Shown piece after piece: positions 23,508 through 42,357 of a DNA stretch of 64,000 bases; positions within the stretch are counted from its first letter, which is position 1; every line of letters begins with the position of its first letter. Where the stretch lies: positions 21,562,795 through 21,626,794 of the forward strand of contig NC_092670.1 in NCBI RefSeq assembly GCF_964355755.1, read 5' to 3'. The DNA is from Antedon mediterranea. Its lineage: Eukaryota > Animalia > Echinodermata. Under the pieces are notes generated by a model. That model had not been told where the DNA came from and did not search any database. It saw nothing but the letters and a program-made list of their open reading frames with translations. Both the position numbers and the translations under genes were made by a program.

Positions 23508-25273
23508 GAAACTTTTGGGAATTCTTGCACTCACCCGGTTGGAACGACTTCAGCTCAATCCGTGTAACTGACGGTTCGCTGATGCGCAGTCTTCTCTACA
23601 CCTACTTTATGTTGGAGTTAAACAATAAACTTCTATCTTACACTACAGAAGTGTATGAACACAATATCAGCACAACACTTCAGGGATCAAAGGTAGGGAC
23701 TGGTTTATAGTTGAGTGAAGTTCATCCATTCAACCACTTCTAGTACTTTATCTCCACATACTATCTATTTCCGACGAAGTATCATAAGAATATTTGGTAA
23801 TACAGCATCTCATTTATATCACATGTAAGGTTACTAACCTACTCGATACATTGTGAAACACATGATGTTGTATTACCTATATATTCCTATGAAATTTCGG
23901 AAATAGATACAGTACCGACAATCAGCTGATAACCAGATGTATTGCAAAACGCTTGCGTAATGTATGCATTAAGCAGTGTCGATTCTAATGGCTTCTTTTA
24001 CCCCCTGCAGGTACATGACGAAAGTATCAAGATCACGTTCACCTACTATGGACGCAATAAAGATGCTTTACGCAGGATTCTTGAACGAGATGGCATTGAC
24101 AATCCGTATACAGCCTTTCATGTGGATGACGATCTAAATAAAAGCATTATGAGTAGGAAGCATTACACGCACGTACATTTCCCAGACGTCGTCCTGCTTA
24201 ATGAGAACTCGCACGGAAGACAGAAAAACTTTACATCACGTGACTACGCGCGCAGACGACTTGCTTGTCCAATGAACTGTGATTTACGTCCAGGGACCGC
24301 TCCTGCTGAGTGGATGGTCGACTGTTATAGTCCGGATTCTGGGAATATAATGCCGGATAATCCACCAAACTCGCCTCTACCAGATTACCCACGACCAAGC
24401 ACGATGGAAATGCTCCGACAACGGAAATCCGAACGGGTGCGAGTACTTGCGAGTTGTCGGCAACGAAAACGTAATTTTGACGACCTTCCACTTATAACAC
24501 AAGCCAGACTGCAACGATCATGTGATGCAGAACTAACTAGCAACTTCGAAGTTATCGGCACTCGAGTAGTAAAGCGGGAAACAAGTGACGACGAAATTAG
24601 TTGGCTAGAAAAAGAAAATTTTGTTCAGGATCCGTTCTTAAAATCATCTATTCGACTTCCGAAGATCGATCCACCAAAACCAAAAACACCGACTTGTTTA
24701 ACAAATAAGAGTAAACCGTATAGAAAATTGAAACCAGAAATTCGAAAGTTTGGAAAACATTCACCAAAATTAGAGTTTATTAATGTTATAAATCCGATGA
24801 ATACGGTAGCTTCTGTAACCCCGACAGGAGAATCTCGTTGTGGTACTCCTCAGTTATTTGACACTGGTAAGCTACGCATCAACTACAGCCTGGAGCACAT
24901 ACGGCCAGACATAGTTCGCAAACCAATGAGCGTTAAAAAAGAAGACAACCACGCCGAGGTATTGAAATTAACAACTAATATTCTACATGACATGGGGAAT
25001 GATAAACGGTATCAAACATGTAATGACTTTGCGGCCAGTGGCGACAAATGGACATGTGATCATAGTGATGACTGGTCAAATGTGGATAAACATTCTGTGC
25101 CGTCAGTACCGTTAGATGACCTCTTCAAAGCAAGACTACCAAGTGGGTTTGCTGCGTCATGTCTCAACGCAATTGACGAATTTGTTGTCAGAAAGGAGCA
25201 AGTGACTACGTCACGATTGTATGTCACCGTCACAATGATCACGTTTAATAGGATACCCATGATGCCTTACTAA
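23508..25273 (+). CDS. Uncharacterised protein (last two exons; 5' exon(s) not located)
   Basis: Exon 23508-23692 splices in frame (AAG|GTA) to exon 24011-25273 (~420 codons, higher GC than the flanks). AATAAA at ~25585. No domain recognised. Confidence 0.65.
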
Positions 25274-25695
25274 TTACGAAATAACAAAAATCTTACAGTT
25301 TTGACATTTAGTATATAAAGATTCACAATAATTGGAAATAGTTTCTTGGTTGTTATTTTATTGCACTATATACTGTATTCCATTACTGTACTTTTGTTTT
25401 CACAACGCGATTACGTAGCTGTCGAGTCAAAAAGTCAGTCAGAAACAATTAAGAGCATGTACGAAAGGACTATTACACTCGATAGCTGCATAGTCGCGTG
25501 TAGAATCATAAAAACGAAAGGTTGCTACACGATATGAATTCAATTACACTTACTTATCGCAGTATTTACCATTACAGTTACAAAAATAAAGATAAAAGTC
25601 TTAATGTCCTTTAAAACAGCCTATAGTAATGATGTTACTGCGAAATAACTCTACAGGTATATTTACATATTCAATGATGGGCAAGATGAAAATGA

Positions 25696-31626
<5,931 letters not shown>

Positions 31627-31987
31627 TACGTTTTTGGAAATCAATTGGCCATATATAATAATTGGTTTACTACGAGAGAAACCAAATGACGAATCGTTGT
31701 GGACCGTAAATCTAAAACTATTTACTGAATACTCTCAAAACACAACATCATGTGAGAGCTATATATCCAATACCAAATTGGCGAGTAAATCATGTTTTAC
31801 TTTAAATTAAATTTATACGCTCTTCCACAAGGTCAATTGTTAGTTATACATACAGACTATATTAAAACAATGATTTTGAACACGTAGGGCATTTCTTTGA
31901 ATTCTTTCCTATTGTCGTTTTGTGGTAATTTACAGCTTTTTATATGTTAAACAAAAGTACATAATCAATTGCGTCTGCATCATGCTA

Positions 31988-32015
31988 GACTACAACTTCC
32001 GGTAGTGACGTAATC
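31988..32015. promoter_or_regulatory. Housekeeping/bidirectional promoter motifs upstream of ECD
   Basis: GACTACAACTTCCGG (ZNF143/Ronin-like plus ETS core) next to a TGACGT CRE half-site, ~360 bp upstream of the ECD ATG. Confidence 0.45.
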
Positions 32016-32152
32016 AGCATATTTTTGGTAATAAAACTTTTTCACTAAGCTAGGGAATCTTCTGATATCAATATTCATTAGACCGTACTTTAGTTAGCCA
32101 ATCAAAATAAACGTATAAACAATTTTGCGGCGATGTTGTTGAGGTAAAATAT

Positions 32153-35100
32153 ACTGTGTTTTACAATAACCAATTTGGTTAGAGTAAAACACAATGATAA
32201 AGAATAGGAAACATATAATAATATGATAAATGTCATTACATAGCAATTTATCACTGTGTTTTACTATAACCAATTTGGTTAGAGTAAAACACAATGATAT
32301 AGAATAGGCAACATTTAATAATATGATAAATGACATTTACATAGCAATTTAGCACTGTGTTTTACTATAAACAATTTGGTTAAAGTAAAGCAGAATGATA
32401 AAGAATAGGAATTTAATAATATGATATATGACATTTACATAGCAATTTAGCACTGTGTTTTACTATAACCAATTTGGTTAGAGTAAAACACAATGATAAA
32501 GAATAGGAAACATTTAATAATATGATATATGACATTCACATAGCAATTTAGCACTGTGTTTTACTATAACCAATTTGGTTAGAGTAAAACACAATGATAT
32601 AGAATAGGAAACATTTAATAATTTGATAAATGACATTTACATAGCAATTTGCACTGTGTTTTACTATAACCAATTTGGTTAAAGTAAAACACAATGATAA
32701 AGAATAGGAAACACTTAATAATATGATAAATGACATTTACATAGCAATTTAGCACTGTGTTTTACTATAACCAATTTGGTTAAAGTAAAGCAGAATGATA
32801 AAGAATAGGAATTTAATAATATGATATATGACATTTACATAGCAATTTAGCACTGTGTTTTACTATAACCAATTTGGTTAGAGTAAAACACAATGATAAA
32901 GATTAGGAAATATTTAATAATAATGATTATTTACATAGCAATTTAGCACTGTGTTTTACTATAACCAATTTGGTTATAGTAAAACACAATGATATAGAAT
33001 AGGAAACATTTATTAATATGATAAATGACATTTACATAGCAATTTATCACTGTGTTTTACTATAACCAATTTGGTTAGAGTAAAACACAATGATAAAGAA
33101 TAGGAAACATTTAATAATAATGATTATTTACATAGCAATTTAGCACTGTGTTTTACTATAACCAATTTGGTTATAGTAAAACACAATGATAAAGAATAGG
33201 AAACATTTAATAATATGATATATGACATTCACATAGCAATTTAGCACTGTGTTTTACTATGACCAATTTGGTTAGAGTAAAACACAATGATATAGAATAG
33301 GAAACATTTAATAATTTGATAAATGACATTTACATAGCAATTTAGCACTGTGTTTTACTATAAACAATTTGGTTAAAGTAAAGCAGAATGATAAAGAATA
33401 GGAATTTAATAATATGATATATGACATTTACATAGCAATTTAGCACTGTGTTTTACTATAACCAATTTGGTTAGAGTAAAACACAATGATAAAGAATAGG
33501 AAACATTTAATAATATGATATATGACATTCACATAGTAATTTAGCACTGTGTTTTACTATAACCAATTTGGTTAGAGTAAAACACAATGATATAGAATAG
33601 GAAACATTTAATAATTTGATAAATGACATTTACATAGCAATTAGCACTGTGTTTTACTATAACCAATTTGGTTAAAGTAAAACACAATGATAAAGAATAG
33701 GAAACACTTAATAATATGATAAATGACATTTACATAGCAATTTAGCACTGTGTTTTACTATAACCAATTTGGTTAAAGTAAAGCAGAATGATAAAGAATA
33801 GGAATTTAATAATATGATATATGACATTTACATAGCAATTTAGCACTGTGTTTTACTATAACCAATTTGGTTAGAGTAAAACACAATGATAAAGATTAGG
33901 AAATATTTAATAATAATGATTATTTACATAGCAATTTAGCACTGTGTTTTACTATAACCAATTTGGTTATAGTAAAACACAATGATATAGAATAGGAAAC
34001 ATTTAATAATATGATAAATGACATTTACATAGCAATTTATCACTGTGTTTTACTATAACCAATTTGGTTAGAGTAAAACACAATGATAAAGAATAGGAAA
34101 CATTTAATAATAATGATTATTTACATAGCAATTTAGCACTGTGTTTTACTATAACCAATTTGGTTATAGTAAAACACAATGATAAAGAATAGGAAACATT
34201 TAATAATATGATATATGACATTCACATAGCAATTTAGCACTGTGTTTTACTATAACCAATTTGGTTAGAGTAAAACACAATGATATAGAATAGGAAACAT
34301 TTAATAATTTGATAAATGACATTTACATAGCAATTTAGCACTGTGTTTTACTATAACCAATTTGGTTAAAGTAAAACACAATGATAAAGAATAGGAAACA
34401 CTTAATAATATGATAAATGACATTTACATAGCAATTTAGCACTGTGTTTTACTATAACCAATTTGGTTAAAGTAAAGCAGAATGATAAAGAATAGGAATT
34501 TAATAATATGATATATGACATTTACATAGCAATTTAGCACTGTGTTTTACTATAACCAATTTGGTTAGAGTAAAACACAATGATAAAGAATAGGAAATAT
34601 TTAATAATAATGATTATTTACATAGCAATTTAGCACTGTGTTTTACTATAACCAATTTGGTTATAGTAAAACACAATGATATAGAATAGGAAACATTTAA
34701 TAATATGATAAATGACATTTACATAGCAATTTATCACTGTGTTTTACTATAACCAATTTGGTTATGGTAAAGCACAATGATATAGAATAGGAAACATTTA
34801 ATAATATGATAAATGACATTTACATAGCAATTTAGCACTGTGTTTTACTATAACCAATTTGGTTAAAGTAAAACATAATGATAAAGAATAGGAAACATTT
34901 AATAATATGATAAATGACATTTACATAGCAATTTATCACTGTGTTTTACTATAACCAATTTGGTTATGGTAAAGCACAATGATATAGAATAGGAAACATT
35001 TAATAATAATGATTATTTACATAGCAATTTAGCACCATGTTTTACTATAACCAATTTGGTTATGGTAAAGCACAATGATATAGAATAGGAAACATTTAAT

Positions 35101-35765
35101 AATATGATAAATGTCATTACATAGCAATTTAGCACTGTGTTTTACTATAACCAATTTGGTTAGAGTAAAACACAATGACAAAGAATAGGAAACATTTAAT
35201 AATAATGATTATTTACATAGCTAGCAATTTAGCACAATGTTTTACTATAACCAATTTGGTTATGGTAAAGCACAATGATATAGAATAGGAAACATTTAAT
35301 AATATGATAAATGTCATTACATAGCAATTTAGCACTGTGTTTTACTATAACCAATTGGGTTAGAGTAAAACACAATGATAAAGAATAGGAAACATTTTAA
35401 TAACATGATAAATGACATTCACATAGAAATTTAGCACTGTGTTTTACAATAACCAATTTGATTAGAGTAAAGCACAATGATAAAGAATATGAAACATTTA
35501 ATAATATGATAAATGACATTTACATAGTAATTTATCACTGTGTTTTACTATAACCAATTTGGTTAGAGTAAAACATTTTAACTATGATAAATGATATTTA
35601 GCACTGTGCTGGATACAGTAAAACACAAATTAAGAATAGGAAACATATAATAATATGATACATTTACATACAAATTTAGTATTGTGTTTTACTATAGCCA
35701 ATTTGGTTACAGTAAAACACAATGATAATGAAACATTTATTATATGATATTATTTACATAGCAAA
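32153..35765 (+). repeat. ~101-bp palindromic satellite, ~36 copies (left array)
   Basis: Unit gcactgtgttttactataaccaatttggttagagtaaaacacaatgataaagaataggaaacatttaataatatgataaatgacatttacatagcaattta; spacing 95-101 bp. Confidence 0.95.
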
Positions 35766-35809
35766 ATATTATATTAAACATATCTTATTATCTAAACGTT
35801 ATGAAAAGA

Positions 35810-37660
35810 ATAGGATACATATAATGTAATAATATAATAAATACAAGTTACATAGTTTATCATCTTGTTTTACAGAACCAATTTGGTGACACAGTTAAAC
35901 ACAGTGATAAAGAATAGATACTGTTTTAGGTTATATAACCCTAACCCTAGTTTGAAGCGACATAATAAATTCATCGCGAAAAAGTACGTATCGTATTTAG
36001 AAACTTTTGAAATTTGTTAGATATGTTTAATAGGTTCTTACGTCTATAAAACAAAAAAAAAATATAAATTTCACAAAAAATTCGTGATTTTAATAATTTG
36101 CATTTCTAAAAATGTACACTTATGAAATACCATACATTTTCTAACACATTTTTACTTCATTGATGATTCCCAGAAATCAAAATAAAACAAATTATGATAT
36201 TTCTTTTACATTATAGATGTAAGAACCTATATTGAACATGTACCAAATTTCAAACGTTTTTTAAGACGATACGTATTTTTATCGATGAATTAAGTATGTG
36301 ATCGCTTCAAACTAGGGTTAGGGTTAAATAACCTAACAGTTCCATTCTTTAACACTGTGTTTAACTTTTAACCAAATTGGTTTTAGTACAACACAATGAT
36401 AAACTATGTACATTTTATTTTTCATATTACATTATAGGATACATATAATGTAATAATAATAAATACAAGTTACATAGTTTATCATCTTGTTTTACAGAAC
36501 CAATTTGGTTACACAGTTAAACACAATGATAAAGAATAGACACTGTTTTAGGTTATATAACTCTAACCTTAGTTTGAAGCGATCACATACTTAATTCATC
36601 GCGAAAAAATACGTATCGTATTCAGAAACATTTGAAATTTGGTAAATATGTTCAATAGGTTCTTACGTCTATAAAACAAACAAAAAATAAAAGTTTCAAG
36701 ACAAATTCGTGATTTTAATAATTTGCATTTCTAAACATTTACACTTATGAAAGACAATACATTTCCAACACATTTTTACTTCATTGATGATTCTCAGAAA
36801 TCAAAATAAAACTATTAGGATATTTCTTTTGCATTTTAGATGTAAGAACCTATATTGAACATATCTACCAAATATCAAACGTTTTTCAAGACGATACGTA
36901 TTTTTAGCGATGAATATTAAATATGTGATCGCTTCAAACTAGGGTTAGGGTTAAATAAACTAAAACAGTTCTATTCTTTATCACTCACTGTGTTTAACTT
37001 TTAACCAAAATGGTTATAGTAAAACACAATGATAAACTTATATGTCAATTTTATTTTTCATAACATAAAATGTTTGATATTCTTTATAATATTTAATATT
37101 ATATTTTAGGCCTACTATTAATGACGTATAAATGCACACTACATCTGAAATAACTTTCTACTTCATTGGCGATTCTTACCAAAAAAAAAGAACTAATTTT
37201 GTTATGTATATAGAGCAACCTATTATAACATGTCTTGTATGATTTTTATCTCGTTTCAATGACATTTTATACTACAATTCAAATGAAAAAGCATCACAAA
37301 AAAATACGTCTGGTATTCAAAAAGTTTCTAAACTCGGTACACAGAAAAAAGGAAATGTTGAAAATGTATGGTCTTTCATAAGTGTGAATTTTTAGAAATG
37401 CAAATAATGGAAATCATCGATTTGTCTTGAAATTTATAATTTGTTTTGTCTTATTGAACATATCTATACAAAATGTCAAACGTTTCTGAATACGATACGT
37501 TTTTTTTCTCGATGAATTTATAATGTCGCTTCAAACTAGAGGGTAGGGTAGTAACCTAACAAGTATCTATTCTTTATCACTATGTTTAACTGTGTAACCA
37601 TATTGGTTCTAATAAAAAACAATGATAAACTATGTAAATTGTATGTTTCATATAATTACA
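35810..37660. repeat. Two tandem ~625-bp foldback units plus a partial inverted third
   Basis: Units ~35810-36435 and ~36436-37065 each have ~230-bp inverted arms containing TAACCCTAACCCTAG and satellite-like ends. ~37350-37660 is a reverse-oriented partial copy. Confidence 0.8.
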
Positions 37661-38262
37661 TTTTTTCCAAAAAAAAATTATTGGGAATGTCAAATTTCTT
37701 TTTCATGACATATATCTACAAATTTCAGAAGCTTTTGAGTACGAGTATTTTACGCGATGTTTTTTTATCCTCATTTTAATATTTTGGTAATGTAATTCAC
37801 ATAAAGTTTTGTATCCAAAAATTGTTTATTCTTGGGTAGAAATGAAGAAATAAATAGTATTCCTGTATAATATAATAATCAATAATAAAGTATTAAAAAA
37901 AATGTTGTGTAAACGAACGTTTTTTACGCTTCGAATTTTCTGTTACATTATGTTTGAATTGAAGCTACAGATATTGAATCATGGACCTATAAATTAGTAA
38001 TTTATAGGTCCATGATTGAACATATCGTCACTCACCACACATTTTTTGTTTTGTATTTCGAAAGTATTTATTCTAAAGAACAATTGATGCAAACATCAAC
38101 TGCGTATCTTATTTCATTAATTAATTATATTAATTATAATTTGGCGATTATTCGTCATACGAAGAGTCGAATATCGATTCGTCTCGTCATGGGAAGAAAA
38201 CGTGCATTGCGCACACTGTTTACGCGCCTCAACAATAAACGGCGAATATGCGATTCGTCACT

Positions 38263-39118
38263 TATGGAACGCCGTTTTACACAAGTTTTTGGCGATGATA
38301 AAAATTGCATCGATGATGAAATTGCGTCGATGAAAATTGCATCGACGCAATGTAGATTGCGTCGATGCAATGTAGATTGCGTCGACGCAATTTACATTTC
38401 GTCGATGAAAATTGCATCGATGAAAATTGCGTCGATGAAAATTGCGTCGATGAAAACTGCATCGATGAAAATTGCGTCGATGAAAACTGCATCGATGAAA
38501 ATTGATGTGATGAATTTGATTGATTATGAAAATTCCAAATGGTTTTAATTCAATCAATGATGAAAATGACTACTAGTAAAGTAAATGATGATGTTAATAA
38601 TGATGTTAATAATGTTATTATGTTGCTAAAAATTGACGGTTTCTGAATATTTTGATATGATAAACATGTTTACCGCTTGCGCTAGCGCGCGTTATAGACA
38701 AGCGCACAGTGATCGCGCACTAAAACAATGTTGAAATATATGCACTGATTAACATTTTAGTGATTTATTGTCAACACATTTTAGCAATGGATCCATTATT
38801 GTCCTTTCGGACACATTATATCTTCTAGCTAATTGCTTCCGTTAATCCACCAGTTCAGTACATAAAATCCAGATGTCCAGCATCCATGACATCATATTCA
38901 AATCATACCGGCAGGGAGATCGCAATTTTCATCGATGAAAACTGCATCGATGAAAAATTTTTTTTTTTTCATCGATGCAGTTTTCATCGATGCAGTTTTC
39001 ATCAACGCAATTTTCATCGACGCAATTTTCATCACATTAACGCAATTTTCATTACATCGACGCAATTTTCATTGCATCATCGACGCGATTTTATCATCGC
39101 CTAAACTGGCATTCCATA
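38263..39118. mobile_element. Foldback-type element with inverted 15-bp tandem arrays
   Basis: Ends TATGGAACGCC / GGCATTCCATA. The left arm is (ATCGATGAAAATTGC)n and the right arm is its reverse complement. No TSD recognised. Confidence 0.7.
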
Positions 39119-39477
39119 CTAATTGCGTGTGATCTGATTGGTGTATTATAAATAAATTCATCGCGATGAATTTTTCAGTAGATGTAATGAGACAGTTCAG
39201 TAGATGTAATGACAGTTAATTTAATTGTTCTGCTCTTTTTGTACAAATCTATACTACTTTATATTATGGATTTTGTAGTACTGTTAAAATTATTAAATCT
39301 CTGGAAGTGTGTTTTACGAGTATGTCCGCAAATTTATGCGTTTACGGTTTTAAAATGTGAGTTTTAAATAGCGAACATGATCTTGTTAGGTGCACTACGC
39401 ACGCAGTATTCCAAAATGTCTTACTAATTGGGAGAAAATCATATTGTATCATATCATATTATATCCATTCTTTAAAT

Positions 39478-40923
39478 TCATATTCTTTATCCAAAACTAA
39501 ATTGGTATAGTAAAACACAGTGCTAGCAATTTATCATATTATTAAATGTTTCATATTCTTTATCATTGTGTTTTACTCTAATCAAATTGGTATAGTAAAA
39601 CACAGTGCTAAATTGCTATGTGAATGTCATTTATCATATTTTTAAATGTTTCCTATTCTTTATCATTGTGCTTTACCATAACCAAATTGGTTATAGTAAA
39701 ACACAGTGCTAAATTGCTATGTAAATGTTATATATCATATTATTAAATTCCTATTCTTTATCATTGTGTTTTACTCTAACCAAATTGGTTATAGTAAAAC
39801 ACAGTGATAAATTGCTATGTAAATGTAATTTATCATATTATTAAATGTTTCCTATTCTTTATCATTGTGTTTTACTCTAACCAAATTGGTTATAGTAAAA
39901 CACAGTGATAAATTGCTATGTAAATGTAATTTATCATGTTATTAAATGTTTCCTATTCTTTATCGTTGAGTTTTACTCTAATCAAATTGGTTATAGTAAA
40001 ACACAGTGCTAAATTGCTATGTAAATGTTATATATCATATTATTAAATGTTTCCTATTCTTTATCATTGTGTTTTACTCTAATCTGATTGGTTATAGTAA
40101 AACAAAGTGCTAAATTGCTATGTGAATGTCATTTATCATGTTATTAAATGTTTCTTATTCTTTATCATTGTGTTTTACTCTAACCAAATTGGTTATAGTA
40201 AAACACAGTGATAAATTGCTATGTAAATGTAATTTATCATATTATTAAATGTTTCCTATTCTTTATCATTGTGTTTTACTCTAACCAAATTGGTTATAGT
40301 AAAACACAGTGATAAATTGCTATGTAAATGTAATTTATCATGTTATTAAATGTTTCCTATTCTTTATCGTTGTGTTTTACTCTAATCAAATTGGTTATAG
40401 TAAAACACAGTGCTAAATTGCTATGTAAATGTTATATATCATATTATTAAATGTTTCCTATTCTTTATCATTGTGTTTTACTCTAATCTGATTGGTTATA
40501 GTAAAACACAGTGCTAAATTGCTATGTGAATGTCATTTATCATGTTATTAAATGTTTCCTATTCTTTATCATTGTGCTTTACTCTAACCAAATTGGTTAT
40601 AGTAAAACACAGTGCTAAATTGCTAAATGTCATTTATCATGTTATTAAATGTTTCTTATTCTTTATCATTGTGTTTTACTCTAACCAAATTGGTTATAGT
40701 AAAACACAGTGCTAAATTGCTATGTAAATGTAATTTATCATATTATTAAATGTTTCCTATTCTTTATCATTGTGTTTTACTCTAACCAAATTGGTTATAA
40801 TTTATTTAATTTCATTTCAAAAGACATTTACCTAAATTGCTATTTAAATGTCATTTATCAAATTATTAAATGTTTCCTATTATTTATCTGGTTATATAGT
40901 AAAACACTGTGCTAAATTGCTAT
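39478..40923 (-). repeat. ~101-bp satellite, ~14 copies, reverse orientation (right array)
   Basis: Reverse complement of the 32153-35765 unit. Confidence 0.95.
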
Positions 40924-41245
40924 TGTATTAAGGACGAGTTCCGAGAAGATGTATTCAAAGCTACAACCAATCAGAACAGTGTTAATCAATATAGTCCATG
41001 GCTACAGCCAATCAGAAACGTCCAAATCGCAATAACCCCTAGGCTAATAGAAATTATTGGTCCGAGTAGCCTTTTCAACCAGACGTTGCGAGGTTTAAAA
41101 AGTAAAACATGATTTACTCGCCAATTTGGTATAGTTTATATACCTGCATGTGACCGGTTCACAATTCTTTCAACCTTTCCGTGTGTCACATTACCTAGCC
41201 TAATTAAGTGTTTTCTTAATTAATTTTTACTGAAATCCTGTTTCG

Positions 41246-42357
41246 ATGATGCTAAAACCGAAAGCTCTTACCCAAGTATTAAGTCAAGCTAATACAGGAG
41301 GTGTTAAAAGTACATTGTGAGTATTCAAAAGCATAAAAAAACAACTTAATTTAGTTAGGCCCTCGTCTAGTCTATCTACCTAGCCTACCTACAGTAGTTG
41401 CCGGGTAGGTTAACCAGGGAGGTATCCTCCCTGGGTTAACCCACTACTCTCTTGTACTCTAAACGGGTCTCTAACCTAGTAGTTATCAGTACTACTACTA
41501 TAGTGTTAAGTTATTATTACCAGCATGATAATAGAATCAGCTAGACTAGTCTCTAGATCTAAAAATGAAATATCCTGACTCACTGTTGATATTTATTTAT
41601 CGCCATAAGTAATAATTGTAATGTACAGACTACAGTACAGTATATACTTTTTTTAGAAAATTTTACAAAATATAAAATTGATTAATTCCCTTCAGACTAC
41701 TCAATCTTGAGGGTAACCTGTTAGCATTTTCCGGTTATGGAGACAAAGATGCAAGGGTGACAGCAGCCATTGCCAGCAATATTTGGTCTGCTTATGAGAA
41801 GAATGGACGTATAGCCTTTAATGAAGACAACTTGGAGCTAATACTTATGGAATGTGAGGTAGGAATAAGTATGCATTAATTATCACTCTCAAAAATGTTG
41901 CATTCATTCATTCATTATCAGCCTAAACATATATAGCTTTATAAACTTAATTAAGAAAGTAATTTCTTTTCAATTATATTTTCTTTTTTCCAAATAGGAT
42001 GGTCGAGTGGCAATCAGTGAAGTTGCAAATCTTCTTCTGTGTATATACTCTGGCCCAGATGTAGGATTTGGTATGCTGAAGGCTAAGGTAAAAATAACTT
42101 ATTATTTCTATAATCTAAATCAACAGTATATTGTATAAAGTTCACAAAACGGATGCACAGTAGTTCTGAAAAGAACTGTCAAGTCTTCTCAAAAGTTTAC
42201 TTTAAGCTCTGTCTACACTATCAAACCTTCAAAAAATATACCTGTATATAAATATTTTTAATCAACATAATTTAATTCACAAATTGTTCTTTGTCAGATA
42301 AAAGCACTGGTAGAATATTTAGAAGAACCTCTAACACAAGTAGCTGCTACAACATAA
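41246..42357 (+). CDS. LAMTOR2: Ragulator complex protein LAMTOR2
   Basis: Exons 41246-41316 ([20 protein letters not shown]), 41696-41858 ([13 protein letters not shown]), 41998-42087 (VGFGMLKAK), 42298-42357 ([11 protein letters not shown]). Missed by the ORF track because the exons are small. Confidence 0.97.

Noticed and set aside
35937-36325. Interstitial telomere
   Set aside because: Only two TAACCC units per site, embedded in repeat arms.
38012-38557. 178-aa ORF with SMKIA repeats and overlapping ORFs
   Set aside because: Produced by the stop-free 15-bp tandem repeat.
32094-40915. Repeated small ORFs (MSFIILL...)
   Set aside because: Chance translations of the satellite monomer.
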